The notes: a model not told the origin generated them from the sequence alone. DNA of 64,000 nt from an uncultured candidate division Zixibacteria bacterium (GCA_963713865.1 OY970208.1:768001-832000), one strand, 5' to 3'; shown: positions 41,916-52,590, counted from the first letter of the stretch. Numbers and translations are program-made.

Positions 41916-42412
41916 TTATCCTTCATTTTTTTTATGTTCACCCTTCGCCTTAAAGACCCAGCGCGGGGCAGAATCGATGGTCTGCCGGAGAATGAGGTTC
42001 AGCTGTGCCGCATGTTGTATAGATGTAACGCCGCAATGCTGAAGTCAGCCGTTCCGAAGGTCCAGTGCTGACGAGCTTTCTCGTCCGTCAGGGCTTCAAT
42101 CGTCGCCCGGCACTTGTTGCGGCCATGCTCAAGATAGGTTTGTAGCTCGTCTTTCGTATAGGGACGTTCTGGAATAAGCCCGGCTGGGTCCAACTCTTCA
42201 AGTGTGAAAGGAGCCGGGGGAGCAAATCCCTCAGCCGAGTCGGACAGGTAAAGATCGAGCCAGAAGAGCGTGTGATAGGCCAGATACCAGAACTCCGGTT
42301 GCCGCGAGCGGTCACTCCATACCTTGTCCAGACAGGCGACCAGGGCATTTTCGAGCATGTCAATAGCAGCCCCGAACTGCTGCCACAGGATTGTTCTCCA
42401 GAAAGTATCCAT
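41916..42412 (-). pseudogene. DinB-family protein with internal deletion/frameshift at NMRH
   Basis: QFGAAIDML, YHTLFWLDLY, YNMRH then frame change to AQLNLILRQTIDSAPRWV. Confidence 0.8.
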
Positions 42413-42689
42413 TCCAAAGACTCCCGACCATACCGCTCTACCTCAGGCGGGTCGAAACGTTCTGACTAAGAGATTATTTCTTGTTATATGGCGGTGAACT
42501 GAAAGCAGCTTTGCTTTAAATCTTTTAACTATACACTATGAACCATTAACTATTAACTGTTTTAACTGCGGCCCCAATATCACTCTCCCCAAACTCTTGT
42601 GGTATTCGTCTTTGAGGTACAAAAAAGATATGCCGGGATCAATAGAATACGTTGGATAACAATCAAGTAGGGCAGAGCCAAATCAACAG

Positions 42690-42995
42690 CTATGTGAGCC
42701 AATAGACTGCGGCAATGGCGGCGACCCAGGCACCTGCTTGTAGTGCGATTATTTTCAGCGACTGCCTTGGTTGTTTCGGTAACCACTTGAATATGAAATA
42801 AGCAACTACTGGTAACTGTGCAGCCATGAGAATTTGAAAAACGTGGGCAACGGTGCCTTCATCTGCTTCATGGACAACGCCGAAAATTGTGGTGTGAACT
42901 AGAACCAAAACCAGGGCCATGAGCGACATCGCTAGCGGAATCAAGGCGCTCGGCTTCCTTATTAGTGAGATATTCATCTTAGACTTCATATGCAT
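42690..42995 (-). CDS. Small membrane hypothetical protein
   Basis: Three hydrophobic segments, DEGTVAHVFQILM; RBS AAGGA. Confidence 0.7.
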   Translation of the reverse strand: MHMKSKMNISLIRKPSALIPLAMSLMALVLVLVHTTIFGVVHEADEGTVAHVFQILMAAQLPVVAYFIFKWLPKQPRQSLKIIALQAGAWVAAIAAVYWLT

Positions 42996-43163
42996 ACAAT
43001 GATTATCCTTTCAGCCGTTAGCTAGCCGCTCCGCATTACTGTTTTTTCGATGTCGGCATTAGCTGAATTTCTAATCTGTAATATTATCTAAACTTAGCTA
43101 ATCTTGTCAAGGGTTTTGCGGAATCTCGGAGAGATTTTCCTGAGTGGCAGATTATATTCAATG

Positions 43164-43238
43164 CGGGGCCGACGAGACTCGAACTCGCGACCTTCTGCGT
43201 GACAGGCAGACGTTCTAACCAAACTGAACTACGACCCC
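43164..43238 (-). tRNA. tRNA-Asp (GTC)
   Basis: GGGGTCGTAGTTCAG...TCTGC-CTGTCAC-GCAGA...GTTCGAGTC cloverleaf. Confidence 0.97.
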
Positions 43239-43436
43239 GGGAAAAACAGTGAGAAAGTGATTACTGATGGAGTGATTAGTATTTTAATCATTCTATCACC
43301 CTGTTACTCTGTCAATCAATCTATTTTAAAAGAACTCGTGACCTTCCCGCAAAATGCAGTGACTAAATGATCAGTGATATAGTGATTAGAATTTTTAGCC
43401 ACTTTGTCACTCTTTCACTTTATCACTTTTTTTAAC

Positions 43437-43511
43437 TGGGCGGTACAGGGATCGAACCTGTGACCTTCTGCGTGTAAGGCAGACGCTCTAAACCAGCTGA
43501 GCTAACCGCCC
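43437..43511 (-). tRNA. tRNA-Val (TAC)
   Basis: GGGCGGTTAGCTCAG...TCTGC-CTTACAC-GCAGA...GGTTCGATCC cloverleaf. Confidence 0.97.
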
Positions 43512-43560
43512 GGGCATTGCCAGTTAATAGTTCATAGCGAATGGTTCATAGTAAAAACTA

Positions 43561-43833
43561 TCAACCTTTTTTAATAATAAGCTCTTCCGGTTTGGGCGTT
43601 TGTTCTACTTTCTTTTTCTTCTCACCCAAGAGGATCGCAATCGGGATAATCACGCAGTATCCCAGAACCAGAAGGATCGGGGCTAAAGTTATTGAGCCCC
43701 GGGATAAGGCGATATAACCTACGATAATGATTAAAAGCCCTATGCCCATCCAGGTCCAGTTTCTCCTGGTGAAAGGAAGGGCGCCTTTTTCTTTAGCTTT
43801 CTCTACTTTAGGTTTTCCCTTTACTTTAGCCAT
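43561..43833 (-). CDS. Small two-TM protein (DUF3098-like)
   Basis: LPFTRRNW...GY...TLAPILLVLGY pattern. Confidence 0.7.
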   Translation of the reverse strand: MAKVKGKPKVEKAKEKGALPFTRRNWTWMGIGLLIIIVGYIALSRGSITLAPILLVLGYCVIIPIAILLGEKKKKVEQTPKPEELIIKKG

Positions 43834-44160
43834 ATATTCTCCAGTTAATTAGCCAATTTAATAAAGAATTCGATAGAGTCAAGAGAAATCAACGCAAACT
43901 TTATACGTTTAAGAAAGATTCCATTGGGGAAGAATCTCAACAAAATGCTGCTCTGTAAAATAATTTCCACTAAATATCTTCGACACATGCAAATAAAGAT
44001 GTAGCTTTAAACTTTTAACTTATTAGAAGTTTTGCTCTGCAGAATCCTTAAAATCAACTTTTTTAAAACCTCCTGATTAAACCATTGACAAACAAAAACT
44101 CAAAAACTATTATGGGGAAAATATTGAACTTGGACTAAATAAGATTTTCAGGAGATAACA

Positions 44161-45894
44161 ATGCGCTCTTTAAGGGTCGGGATGGCACAGATAAACTGCA
44201 CTGTTGGGGATTTAGAAGGGAATTCTAAGAAAATAATCCAGTATGTAGATAAAGCGAAAAAGATGGGAGTGGAGCTAATCTGTTTTCCGGAACTGGCAGT
44301 TACCGGATACCCTCCTGAAGATTTACTCCTGAAACCTCAATTTATCGAGGATAACCTTAAAGCTTTGAAGAAAATAATCTCGAAAACCGAGAACTTAACT
44401 GCAATTGTTGGATTTGTGGACAAAAATGGGGAAATTTACAACTCCGCAGCCATCATTCACGATAAAAAACTTATAGATGTTTATCATAAAATCAATCTCC
44501 CCAATTATGGAGTCTTTGATGAATACCGTTATTTTCAGCCGGGTGAGAAAGTCCCTGTATATCAATTGGGCGAACTGGTCTTTGGTGTGAATATCTGTGA
44601 AGATATCTGGTATCCGGAAGGACCAGCCAAGGCCCAGGCTTTGGCTGGAGAGGTTGAGCTGATAATAAATATCAGCTCCTCCCCTTATCATCTGGGCAAA
44701 TGGAAGGAAAGGGAGAAGATGCTTTCCACCAGAGCAAATGACGGCAGGGTCTTTCTATTATATAATAATTTAGTGGGCGGACAGGATGAATTGGTTTTCG
44801 ATGGAATGGGGATGATTTTCAGTCCACAGGGTAAAACCCTGTTCCGAGGGAAACAGTTTGAGGAGGACCTGATAATAGCAGATTTGGATCTGGACGAGGT
44901 TTTCAGGACAAGATTACAAGATTCAAAGTGGAGAAAGGAAAGGGTAAGGGTCAAATCTGAAACAGTTAATAAGATCGTTATCACTGAAAAGGTCAAAAAG
45001 ACAAAAAAGCCAAAGATCAGAAGAATCGGGGTAGAGGTTCTTGACCCAATTGCGGAAGTATATAAGGCATTGGTTTTGGGGACTAAGGATTATATCAGGA
45101 AAAATGGATTTTCCAGGGTGGTCCTGGGGTTGAGCGGGGGAATAGATTCTGCCTTAGTAACCGTCATTGCTAAGGATGCCCTGGGTAAAAAGAATATCAT
45201 CTCGGTCTTTATGCCTTCTGCGTATACATCTGAACGGAGCTATACAGATGCCAGAAGATTAGCTCGGAATTCAGGGATAAGATTTATCAACCTGCCAATT
45301 GAAAAAATCTTAAAATCTTATATTTCGACCTTATCCTCCGGGTTCAAAGGTAAAAAACCGGATGTGACTGAGGAGAACCTCCAGGCACGGATCCGGGGTA
45401 ATCTCCTGATGGCACTATCGAATAAATTTGGCTGGCTGGTCTTGACTACCGGGAATAAAAGTGAACTGGCCGTTGGATATTCTACTTTATACGGGGATAT
45501 GGCTGGTGGTTTTGTGGTTTTAAAAGATATTCCCAAGACCTTAGTTTATAAATTAGCACGATACAGAAACTCTTTGGAGAAAAAAGAGATTATTCCTGAA
45601 GATATTCTGAAAAGGGAACCTACGGCTGAGCTTAAACCAGGCCAAAAGGACACGGATACATTACCTCCATATCCGATCTTGGACCCGATTTTAAAAAGTT
45701 ATGTGGAGGAGGACAAGGGCTTTAAAGAGATAAAGGATTCAGGATTCGATGAAAAAACAATTTCCAGGGTAATCAGTATGGTGGATAGAAGCGAGTATAA
45801 AAGAAGACAGTCGCCTCCAGGTATAAAAATTACCCCCCGGGCTTTTGGAAAAGACCGCAGACTGCCCATTACCAATAAGTATAGAGGTTTTTAA
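44161..45894 (+). CDS. nadE: Glutamine-dependent NAD+ synthetase
   Basis: Nitrilase domain (FPEL, CEDIW) plus SGGIDS, ENLQARIR, TGNKSE. Confidence 0.96.
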   Translation: MRSLRVGMAQINCTVGDLEGNSKKIIQYVDKAKKMGVELICFPELAVTGYPPEDLLLKPQFIEDNLKALKKIISKTENLTAIVGFVDKNGEIYNSAAIIHDKKLIDVYHKINLPNYGVFDEYRYFQPGEKVPVYQLGELVFGVNICEDIWYPEGPAKAQALAGEVELIINISSSPYHLGKWKEREKMLSTRANDGRVFLLYNNLVGGQDELVFDGMGMIFSPQGKTLFRGKQFEEDLIIADLDLDEVFRTRLQDSKWRKERVRVKSETVNKIVITEKVKKTKKPKIRRIGVEVLDPIAEVYKALVLGTKDYIRKNGFSRVVLGLSGGIDSALVTVIAKDALGKKNIISVFMPSAYTSERSYTDARRLARNSGIRFINLPIEKILKSYISTLSSGFKGKKPDVTEENLQARIRGNLLMALSNKFGWLVLTTGNKSELAVGYSTLYGDMAGGFVVLKDIPKTLVYKLARYRNSLEKKEIIPEDILKREPTAELKPGQKDTDTLPPYPILDPILKSYVEEDKGFKEIKDSGFDEKTISRVISMVDRSEYKRRQSPPGIKITPRAFGKDRRLPITNKYRGF

Positions 45895-47544
45895 ATGACT
45901 GAAAAGTTAAAACCAATTCTGGAGATCTCAGAAGAACTCGGCTTAAATGAAGATGAATTAGAGCTCTGCGGGAAATATATCGCCAAGGTATCTTTCAAGG
46001 TCTTAGAGAGATTGAAAAATAGAAAAACAGGTAAATATATTTTTGTCACCGCCATAACCCCTACCCCCTTAGGAGAAGGAAAAACTGTAACTGCTATCGG
46101 TCTTTCACAAGCTTTAAACAGAATAAATAAAAAATCTATCTGCACTTTGAGACAGCCATCTATGGGTCCATTGTTCGGTATAAAAGGTGGTGCCACCGGA
46201 GGTGGGAAGTCTCAGGTTTTGCCCAGAGAGGAGATAAATTTACATTTCACCGGTGATTTTCATGCTGTAGGTTATGCCCACAACCTGCTTTCAGCCATCC
46301 TGGATACTCATCTCCAGAAGGGTAATAAATTAGGACTGGATTTAACAGATATTTTCTGGCCTAGGGTAGTGGATATAAATGACCGGGCATTAAGACATAC
46401 GATTATAGGTTTAGGAGGGAAGGCTGATGGCATGCCCCGGGAATCTTTTTTTGATATTACACCAGCAAGTGAGGTTATGTCTGTTTTGTCTTTGTCCAAG
46501 AATTTAGAAGACCTTAAAAAAAGATTATCTAAGTTAATTGTTGGGATTGACCAAAATAAGAAGATGATATGTGCAGAGGATTTAAAATCTCCCGGCGCAA
46601 TGGCTGTGATTTTGAAAAAAGCTTTTAATCCGAACTTGGTTCAGACCTCAGAAGGAACCCCTGCTTTTATACATACAGGTCCTTTTGCCAATATCTCGCA
46701 TGGAAATTGTTCAGTCATTTCTGATCTTATAGCTTTAAAGCTTACAGATTATGTTATTACCGAGTCAGGTTTTGGTGCGGATTGCGGTGCTGAGAAATTA
46801 CTGGATATAAAATGTCGGGAAAGCGGACTTAAACCTGATTTAGCAGTTTTAGTTGCCACAGTTAGAAGCCTGATGATGCACGGTATCGGGCTCTATGATA
46901 AAAAAGCACTTGAAGAAGAAAATCTAATGACCTTAGAAAAAGGTTGTCAGAATTTGCAAAAACATATAGAAAACCTTAAGCTTTTCGGTCTCCTGGTACT
47001 GGTAGCTATAAATGTGTTTCCTGAAGATAGTGAGACAGAGATTTCATTCTTGAGAGAAAAATCTTTGCAAGCAGGAGCGGATGAGGTAGCAGTTGCGGAT
47101 ATGTTTGTCAAAGGGGGTGAAGGTGGAATAGAATTAGCTGAGAAAGCTGTTAAATTATGTGAAAGAGGAGCTTATTTCAAGTTCCTGTATGAAAGTGGAG
47201 GTATAAAGGAAAAAATTGAGAAAATCGCCATGAAAATTTACGGAGCAGGCGAGGTCCTCTATTATCCCTTAGCTGAGAAAAGGATCGATCTTTTCAAATC
47301 CTGGGGACTGGATAATCTTCCGATCTGTATTGCCAAGACTCCTTACTCTTTTTCTTCTGACCCGAAGCTCAAAGGAAAGCCGGAGAATTTTCGTTTTCCC
47401 ATAGAGGATTTAAGACCTGCGACTGGTGCCGGTTATCTGTATGCTTTAGCAGGCGATATTATGACTATGCCGGGTTTACCCACCACCCCGGCGGCATTTA
47501 ACTTCGATTTAGACAAAGATGGTAATATCAGTGGTTTAACATAG
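45895..47544 (+). CDS. fhs: Formate--tetrahydrofolate ligase
   Basis: TPLGEGKT, GIKGGATGGG, NLHFTGD, HTGPFANI, MTMPGL. Confidence 0.96.
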   Translation: MTEKLKPILEISEELGLNEDELELCGKYIAKVSFKVLERLKNRKTGKYIFVTAITPTPLGEGKTVTAIGLSQALNRINKKSICTLRQPSMGPLFGIKGGATGGGKSQVLPREEINLHFTGDFHAVGYAHNLLSAILDTHLQKGNKLGLDLTDIFWPRVVDINDRALRHTIIGLGGKADGMPRESFFDITPASEVMSVLSLSKNLEDLKKRLSKLIVGIDQNKKMICAEDLKSPGAMAVILKKAFNPNLVQTSEGTPAFIHTGPFANISHGNCSVISDLIALKLTDYVITESGFGADCGAEKLLDIKCRESGLKPDLAVLVATVRSLMMHGIGLYDKKALEEENLMTLEKGCQNLQKHIENLKLFGLLVLVAINVFPEDSETEISFLREKSLQAGADEVAVADMFVKGGEGGIELAEKAVKLCERGAYFKFLYESGGIKEKIEKIAMKIYGAGEVLYYPLAEKRIDLFKSWGLDNLPICIAKTPYSFSSDPKLKGKPENFRFPIEDLRPATGAGYLYALAGDIMTMPGLPTTPAAFNFDLDKDGNISGLT

Positions 47545-47557
47545 GAAAGGAGTCAAG

Positions 47558-48061
47558 ATGGAAAAGCTTTTAGAGATATTATCGCAGGCAATGCAGGTGG
47601 AGATAGACGGGTATCAGTTTTACAAATTAGCCTCTGAGAAAACTACAGATAAAAAGGGGAAAGAGGTCTTTTTGTCCCTGGCTGAAGATGAAAAAAACCA
47701 TTATCATATCTTAAAAGGGCAGCATGAGAAAGTAAGAAAGACCGGAGGGATTGAGTTTATAGATAAAAAAGTCGAGTTCTTCAAATCCGATAGTCCCAGT
47801 CCCATTTTCTCTGAGGATTTCAGGAAAAGGATTAAGGATATGCACTTCGAGATGTCGGCTTTAAGTATCGGGGCACTCCTGGAGAAAAATTCCATAGAAT
47901 ATTATCGAAAGTATGCGGAGCAAAGTGAGAATGAAGAGGTTAAAAAACTTTTCTCCTATCTTATAGAATGGGAACAGGAGCATCTTAAGGCATTGATTAC
48001 TCAGCAGAAATATCTGAAAGAGGCATACTGGGAGGATGCTCGCTTCTTCCCGGATATTTAG
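47558..48061 (+). CDS. Ferritin-like/rubrerythrin-family protein
   Basis: E..G..FY, EDEKNH, E...YY, EWEQEH diiron pattern. Confidence 0.88.
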   Translation: MEKLLEILSQAMQVEIDGYQFYKLASEKTTDKKGKEVFLSLAEDEKNHYHILKGQHEKVRKTGGIEFIDKKVEFFKSDSPSPIFSEDFRKRIKDMHFEMSALSIGALLEKNSIEYYRKYAEQSENEEVKKLFSYLIEWEQEHLKALITQQKYLKEAYWEDARFFPDI

Positions 48062-48094
48062 AGTCCGAGAAACGGATTCAAAGGAAAGGGAAAA

Positions 48095-48706
48095 ATGAAA
48101 ATATTAGTGGTTTATTACAGTATGACCGGGCACGTTTTCAGATTAGCCCAGGCATTAGCACAAGGAGCTAAGGAAGTAGAGGGTGCTGAGGTAAGCTTAA
48201 AAACAGTTGAGGAGTTAATCTCTCAAGATATTATCGCAAGAAGCCCTGCCATAAAAAAAGCAAAAGAGGAACAGAAGGATATCCCCATAGCTACAAACGA
48301 TGATTTAATCTGGGCTGATGCAGTTATCTTCGGCTCTCCCACCAGATATGGCAATATGTGCGCTCAGATGAGAAACTTTTTGGATAAAACCGGTTCCTTG
48401 TGGGGAAAAGGACAGTTGGTAGGAAAACCTGCCGGGGTTTTCTGCTCAACCGGAACTATGCACGGCGGACAAGAGACCACGTTGATTTCGATGATAACCA
48501 CTTTACTGCATCACGGAATGATAATCGTGGGAATTCCTTATACTGAACCACTGCTCTCCACCACCCAGAGAGGGGGTACCCCATACGGAGCCTCCTCGGT
48601 CTCAGGACCCAAAGGAGACCAACCGCCGAATGAAGATGAGCTTTATTTGGCAAAAGCGCTGGGGAAGAGAGTGGCGGAAATAACGAAAAAATTAAAAGGT
48701 GAGTAA
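48095..48706 (+). CDS. wrbA: NAD(P)H:quinone oxidoreductase type IV
   Basis: YYSMTGH, GSPTRYGNM, HGGQETT, GGTPYG. Confidence 0.95.
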   Translation: MKILVVYYSMTGHVFRLAQALAQGAKEVEGAEVSLKTVEELISQDIIARSPAIKKAKEEQKDIPIATNDDLIWADAVIFGSPTRYGNMCAQMRNFLDKTGSLWGKGQLVGKPAGVFCSTGTMHGGQETTLISMITTLLHHGMIIVGIPYTEPLLSTTQRGGTPYGASSVSGPKGDQPPNEDELYLAKALGKRVAEITKKLKGE

Positions 48707-48762
48707 AAGAGTTTTAGAAAATATATGGGGAAAAAGGATAAAGAATTATCCAGGAGGAAAAA

Positions 48763-49221
48763 ATGTCTATAAAGCCTGGGGAGAAAGCACCGGATTTTGT
48801 TTTGAAGGGGCAGGATGATAAAGATTATAAGTTATCTGATTTTCTGGGTAAGAATATAGTCTTAGCCTTTTATCCGGCTGATTTCAGCCCGGTCTGTTCC
48901 AAGGAGCATACTTGTTTTGTCAACGATATGAAAAGATTTGAGAACTTGAATGCTGTTGTTTTTGGGATAAGCGTGGACAATATCTGGTCTCATAAAGCTT
49001 TTGCGGAAAAGCTTCAGCTCAAATATCCACTTCTCTCTGATTTCCACCCTAAAGGGGCAGTTGCTTCTAAATATGGATTATACCTGTCCGATCTGGGGAT
49101 AACCAATCGGGCTACGGTGATAATCGATAAAAAGGGAGCAGTCAGATACGTTCAGGTTTATGATATCCCACAGCAGAGAGAAAATAGTGAGCTTATAAAG
49201 ATTTTGGAGGATTTAAAATAA
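48763..49221 (+). CDS. Peroxiredoxin (AhpC/TSA family)
   Basis: FYPADFSPVC, GISVD, LLSDF. Confidence 0.92.
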   Translation: MSIKPGEKAPDFVLKGQDDKDYKLSDFLGKNIVLAFYPADFSPVCSKEHTCFVNDMKRFENLNAVVFGISVDNIWSHKAFAEKLQLKYPLLSDFHPKGAVASKYGLYLSDLGITNRATVIIDKKGAVRYVQVYDIPQQRENSELIKILEDLK

Positions 49222-49234
49222 GCTGTCTAAAAAA

Positions 49235-49663
49235 TCAACTGAGCAAGCCTTTTAAAAGCTCATTGATCTGTTGAACTTTGAAGGGCTTTAAAAGAAATCC
49301 GTCTGGCTTGGGTTCTTCTTCCGGGTCATATTCAGCCTCATAACCGGTTATCAGCACTACTGGCAACTGAGGGAAATTCTGCTTCACCGCCCTTAACAGC
49401 CCATGCCCATCCATTTTAGGCATCATTAGATCAGTTATAACCAGGTCAAAGGTCTCCTTATTTAGAATCGCTAAAGCTTCTTCTCCATCTTGAGCTTTTT
49501 GGCTTTTGAGGTCAAAACACTGCAACAGGATATCCGAAAGAAGATTAGACATATTAGGGTTATCTTCTACAATAAGGACTTTTTTATTTTTTAAACTATA
49601 GCCCATATCATCCAGATCGTTTTTACTTATTAATCTTATCGGCTGGAAAAAGATTTTTATCAA
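49235..49663 (-). CDS. Single-domain response regulator (likely start near 49606)
   Basis: LIVEDN, TDLMMP, ITG, KPF. Confidence 0.88.
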   Translation of the reverse strand: MIKIFFQPIRLISKNDLDDMGYSLKNKKVLIVEDNPNMSNLLSDILLQCFDLKSQKAQDGEEALAILNKETFDLVITDLMMPKMDGHGLLRAVKQNFPQLPVVLITGYEAEYDPEEEPKPDGFLLKPFKVQQINELLKGLLS

Positions 49664-49744
49664 TAAAAAAGAAATTGTAGCTGTTGGGTTTGCTCCTGAA
49701 AAACCAGGATTTTAGAAGCAATAAAGAAATCCAACCAGAATGTT

Positions 49745-49776
49745 AAAAGGGGTGGAGATAATCTCCACCCACTTTT
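49745..49776 (-). terminator. Hairpin terminator after the NrfD gene
   Basis: AAAAGGGGTGGAGAT...ATCTCCACCCACTTTT. Confidence 0.65.
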
Positions 49777-49821
49777 CAAAGCTCTCTGTATATTTTTATA
49801 TACCAGTTTTACTTTTAAAAC

Positions 49822-51018
49822 TTACTTGGGCATTACGTCAACATTTAAAATCTCCTCCGCAAGTTCGGGCGATTCTGATTCAGACTCTTCTTCCCCGTGC
49901 TCGAAGATCGGCAAATAGCGGGTCGCCAGAGAGAAGACGAAAATTCCAGTTGCCACTATGGTTAAGGTTATGGAGAGTTCCATCCAGGAGGGGAAATAAT
50001 GCACGCCAGAAGAAGCCTCCATACCGGTGACTGTAACATTAACCCGGTTCAATAAAAATCCGGTGATGATACAGATGGCAACATAATATAAGCCGCGTTC
50101 GGAGAGCCTGATCTTTTTAATGGACAGCATTATGACCGGAACAATCACTCCCACTAATGCCTCCAGCCAGAAAAGATATGTTTCCGGACGATTCAGGAAG
50201 ATTAAGCTCCACACACCCCTTCCTGAGAAATCCTGGATTTTCAGGATGGCATATACCACTAAAGTGACCAGCATTACTCTTCCAATATCTGCCAGAAGGT
50301 CCAATTTCAAGCGATGTCCAAAGGCCCTATAGCTTAAATGTGATTCAAAGATTATCATAGCACACCCAACTGCCACTGCTGATAAGAAGAACAAAAACGG
50401 CAGGATAGAAGAATACCAGAAAGGATACAATTTCTCCGGCATTATCAGATAAAGAGAGCCCAGGGAAGACTGGTGCAGGGTAGAAAGGATGACCCCGGCT
50501 ATTACCAGAGGGATGATCAAGCTGTGAATCCATTTTTTAGGCTTATCCCAACCCAGCCACTCGAAGACTATAGGGCTGAATTCCAAGGCTAAAACCGTGG
50601 TATAGAGCATAACGCACCAGCCGACTTCGAATAAGACCGAATGAGGGTTCCAGTAGATTATCATGTGCCAGATCCTCCAGGGCTGTCCCAAGTCGAACAA
50701 AAGGGCAAAGATCACCATGATATACCCTAAAAAAGCAGTCAGGATGGTAGGTCTCAAGATCGGATAAAATCTTTTCAAATTAAAAATATAAACGATGGCT
50801 GCCAGGGTGAATCCTCCGGCAGCTAAACCTACTCCACACAGGAGATCAAAGCCGATCCATAATCCCCAGGGAAACCTGTCACTTAAATTGGTAGATGCCC
50901 CCAGCCCCTTGGAAAAACGAATGATCGTAGCTATAATACCCAGGATCCAGATTAAAACTAAAACCCCTTTCCAGAAAGTAGGCTTGAATGGTGATTGCAA
51001 CTTCGTTTCCATTTTCAT
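49822..51018 (-). CDS. NrfD/PsrC-family membrane anchor (HybB-like)
   Basis: PWGLWIGFD, DLGQPWR, SVLFEV, LHQSSLGSL. Confidence 0.92.
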   Translation of the reverse strand: MKMETKLQSPFKPTFWKGVLVLIWILGIIATIIRFSKGLGASTNLSDRFPWGLWIGFDLLCGVGLAAGGFTLAAIVYIFNLKRFYPILRPTILTAFLGYIMVIFALLFDLGQPWRIWHMIIYWNPHSVLFEVGWCVMLYTTVLALEFSPIVFEWLGWDKPKKWIHSLIIPLVIAGVILSTLHQSSLGSLYLIMPEKLYPFWYSSILPFLFFLSAVAVGCAMIIFESHLSYRAFGHRLKLDLLADIGRVMLVTLVVYAILKIQDFSGRGVWSLIFLNRPETYLFWLEALVGVIVPVIMLSIKKIRLSERGLYYVAICIITGFLLNRVNVTVTGMEASSGVHYFPSWMELSITLTIVATGIFVFSLATRYLPIFEHGEEESESESPELAEEILNVDVMPK

Positions 51019-51042
51019 CTTTCCTTTATTTTAATTTTAAGA

Positions 51043-51798
51043 TTATTCTTTATCCTTGGATTTATTTTCTAACTCTGTTACCTCCATCCGGCGATTGATA
51101 ATCCAGTATATCCCGTATAGAAAAACTCCGCTCACCACCACATAATTCGGGATTTTCGACATAATCTTCCAGGTTAGATCGGATAGAGGCTCTTCGATCA
51201 GATTAGTGGGGAACCCTAATTTTTCAAACGGAACAGAGGATAGAAACAAAACCGAAGTCCCTCCAGCCTCTTTTTCCCCATAGATGTGGTTAACATATTG
51301 ACCCGGATTCTCCTGTATCCTTTTCCGGGCTTCAGTTAGAAGCTCGTCTCTGTTGCCAAATATGGTAGCGCCAGTGGGACAGGCTTCAGCACAGGCAGTT
51401 ATCTTTCCTTCTTTCTGTCTTTCTGCGCACATAGTGCATTTCCTGACTAAAGGCTTGGTTCTTTCCCATTCATAAGTCGGGACACCAAAGGGGCAGGCTT
51501 GAATGCAATATCGACAACCCATACATCTCTTGTCATGGTAGATCACCGGACCGTTTTCGGTTTTTTCAAAAGCTTTTACCGGGCAGACCGAAGCACAGGT
51601 CGGCACATTACAGTGCATACATAACCTGCGATAATATACCCCATCCTTTTCTTTCACCACGGTGTAAGCCGTATCGGTGAGTTCCTCCTCTTCTTTCTCT
51701 TTTTGAGGAAGTTTATTGGACTCCTTGCAGGCATAGAAACAAGCCTTGCACCCAATACATTTAGTGGCATCGAAGAGAAGCGCTTTGGGATTTGACAT
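51043..51798 (-). CDS. 4Fe-4S dicluster protein (HybA/FdnH-like)
   Basis: CIGCKAC, CMHC...CASVCP, CMGCRYC...CP, KCTMC...CAEACP; C-terminal TM. Confidence 0.93.
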   Translation of the reverse strand: MSNPKALLFDATKCIGCKACFYACKESNKLPQKEKEEEELTDTAYTVVKEKDGVYYRRLCMHCNVPTCASVCPVKAFEKTENGPVIYHDKRCMGCRYCIQACPFGVPTYEWERTKPLVRKCTMCAERQKEGKITACAEACPTGATIFGNRDELLTEARKRIQENPGQYVNHIYGEKEAGGTSVLFLSSVPFEKLGFPTNLIEEPLSDLTWKIMSKIPNYVVVSGVFLYGIYWIINRRMEVTELENKSKDKE

Positions 51799-51918
51799 TT
51801 ATGACTCCTTCTTTTAAATCATTAATTCTTTCAAAACTTTTAAAATATAATAAAAATAAGTTATAAAGGCAACCTATAAAATAGGATGCCTTTTATAACC
51901 TGATGCTTTTATTTGGAC

Positions 51919-52590
51919 TTATCTATGCAAAAATTGAGCTTCAAATTCCTCGGTTGTTTTTGTATTGAAATGCTCAACCAAACCATCTATAGATGTTCCG
52001 CCATCTGCCAGTGTCTGTCCCGCTAAGGCTTCCTGGGGCACATGCCCTCTGACAAATTCTCTCAGCCGGTTTAATTCCTGTGACCACCAGGCCTTGGTTT
52101 TTTCAGCAATCTTGAAATTTTTCAAATCCTCTGATAAATTCTTTGGTCTTAACTGGTAAAACCATCCATTTTTATACGAATCCACTCCAAATCTCTGTGG
52201 AGACTTTTCCATCTCTAAATTCTTCTGAATCACCACTCCATCTATGGGAGAATACAGGGTAATTCTCTTCTCGCCCTGATATAGAACTGCTAAAGGCTCT
52301 CCTTTGCGTACTTCCTCCCCGGCATTCTTGAACTGAACTTTAGTCACTTTCCCGACCAAGCGCCCGATCATCTCATCCAGACCTACTTGCAAGTTTCCGG
52401 ATGCCCGGAGATTAAGCCAGGTATGTCCTTCAGAAAGGAAATATCCAGCCGGATAACTTGGTGCAAGTTTAACTGCCGATCTGGCAAAAGATGTTAATTC
52501 CACCGTCTCTCTTACCTCTCTACCCCGTCTAACCAGGCCATCGATTACTATGGCGGTTATGAAGGTCAGTGCTACTAATATGGCTACCAT
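51919..52590 (-). CDS. Membrane-anchored GcvH-like (lipoyl-domain fold) protein
   Basis: N-terminal TM; HTWL...VGLD...SPIDGVV..N...SYKNGW as in H-proteins. Confidence 0.8.
   Translation of the reverse strand: MVAILVALTFITAIVIDGLVRRGREVRETVELTSFARSAVKLAPSYPAGYFLSEGHTWLNLRASGNLQVGLDEMIGRLVGKVTKVQFKNAGEEVRKGEPLAVLYQGEKRITLYSPIDGVVIQKNLEMEKSPQRFGVDSYKNGWFYQLRPKNLSEDLKNFKIAEKTKAWWSQELNRLREFVRGHVPQEALAGQTLADGGTSIDGLVEHFNTKTTEEFEAQFLHR

Noticed and set aside
42413-43060. attC sites around the DinB and small membrane genes
   Set aside because: The genes look cassette-like, but I could not find paired RYYYAAC/GTTRRRY boxes with an internal palindrome
43245-43430. ncRNA between tRNA-Val and tRNA-Asp
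   Set aside because: Made of short degenerate AGTGATT/ATCACT repeats like the other low-complexity intergenic repeats; no recognisable RNA family
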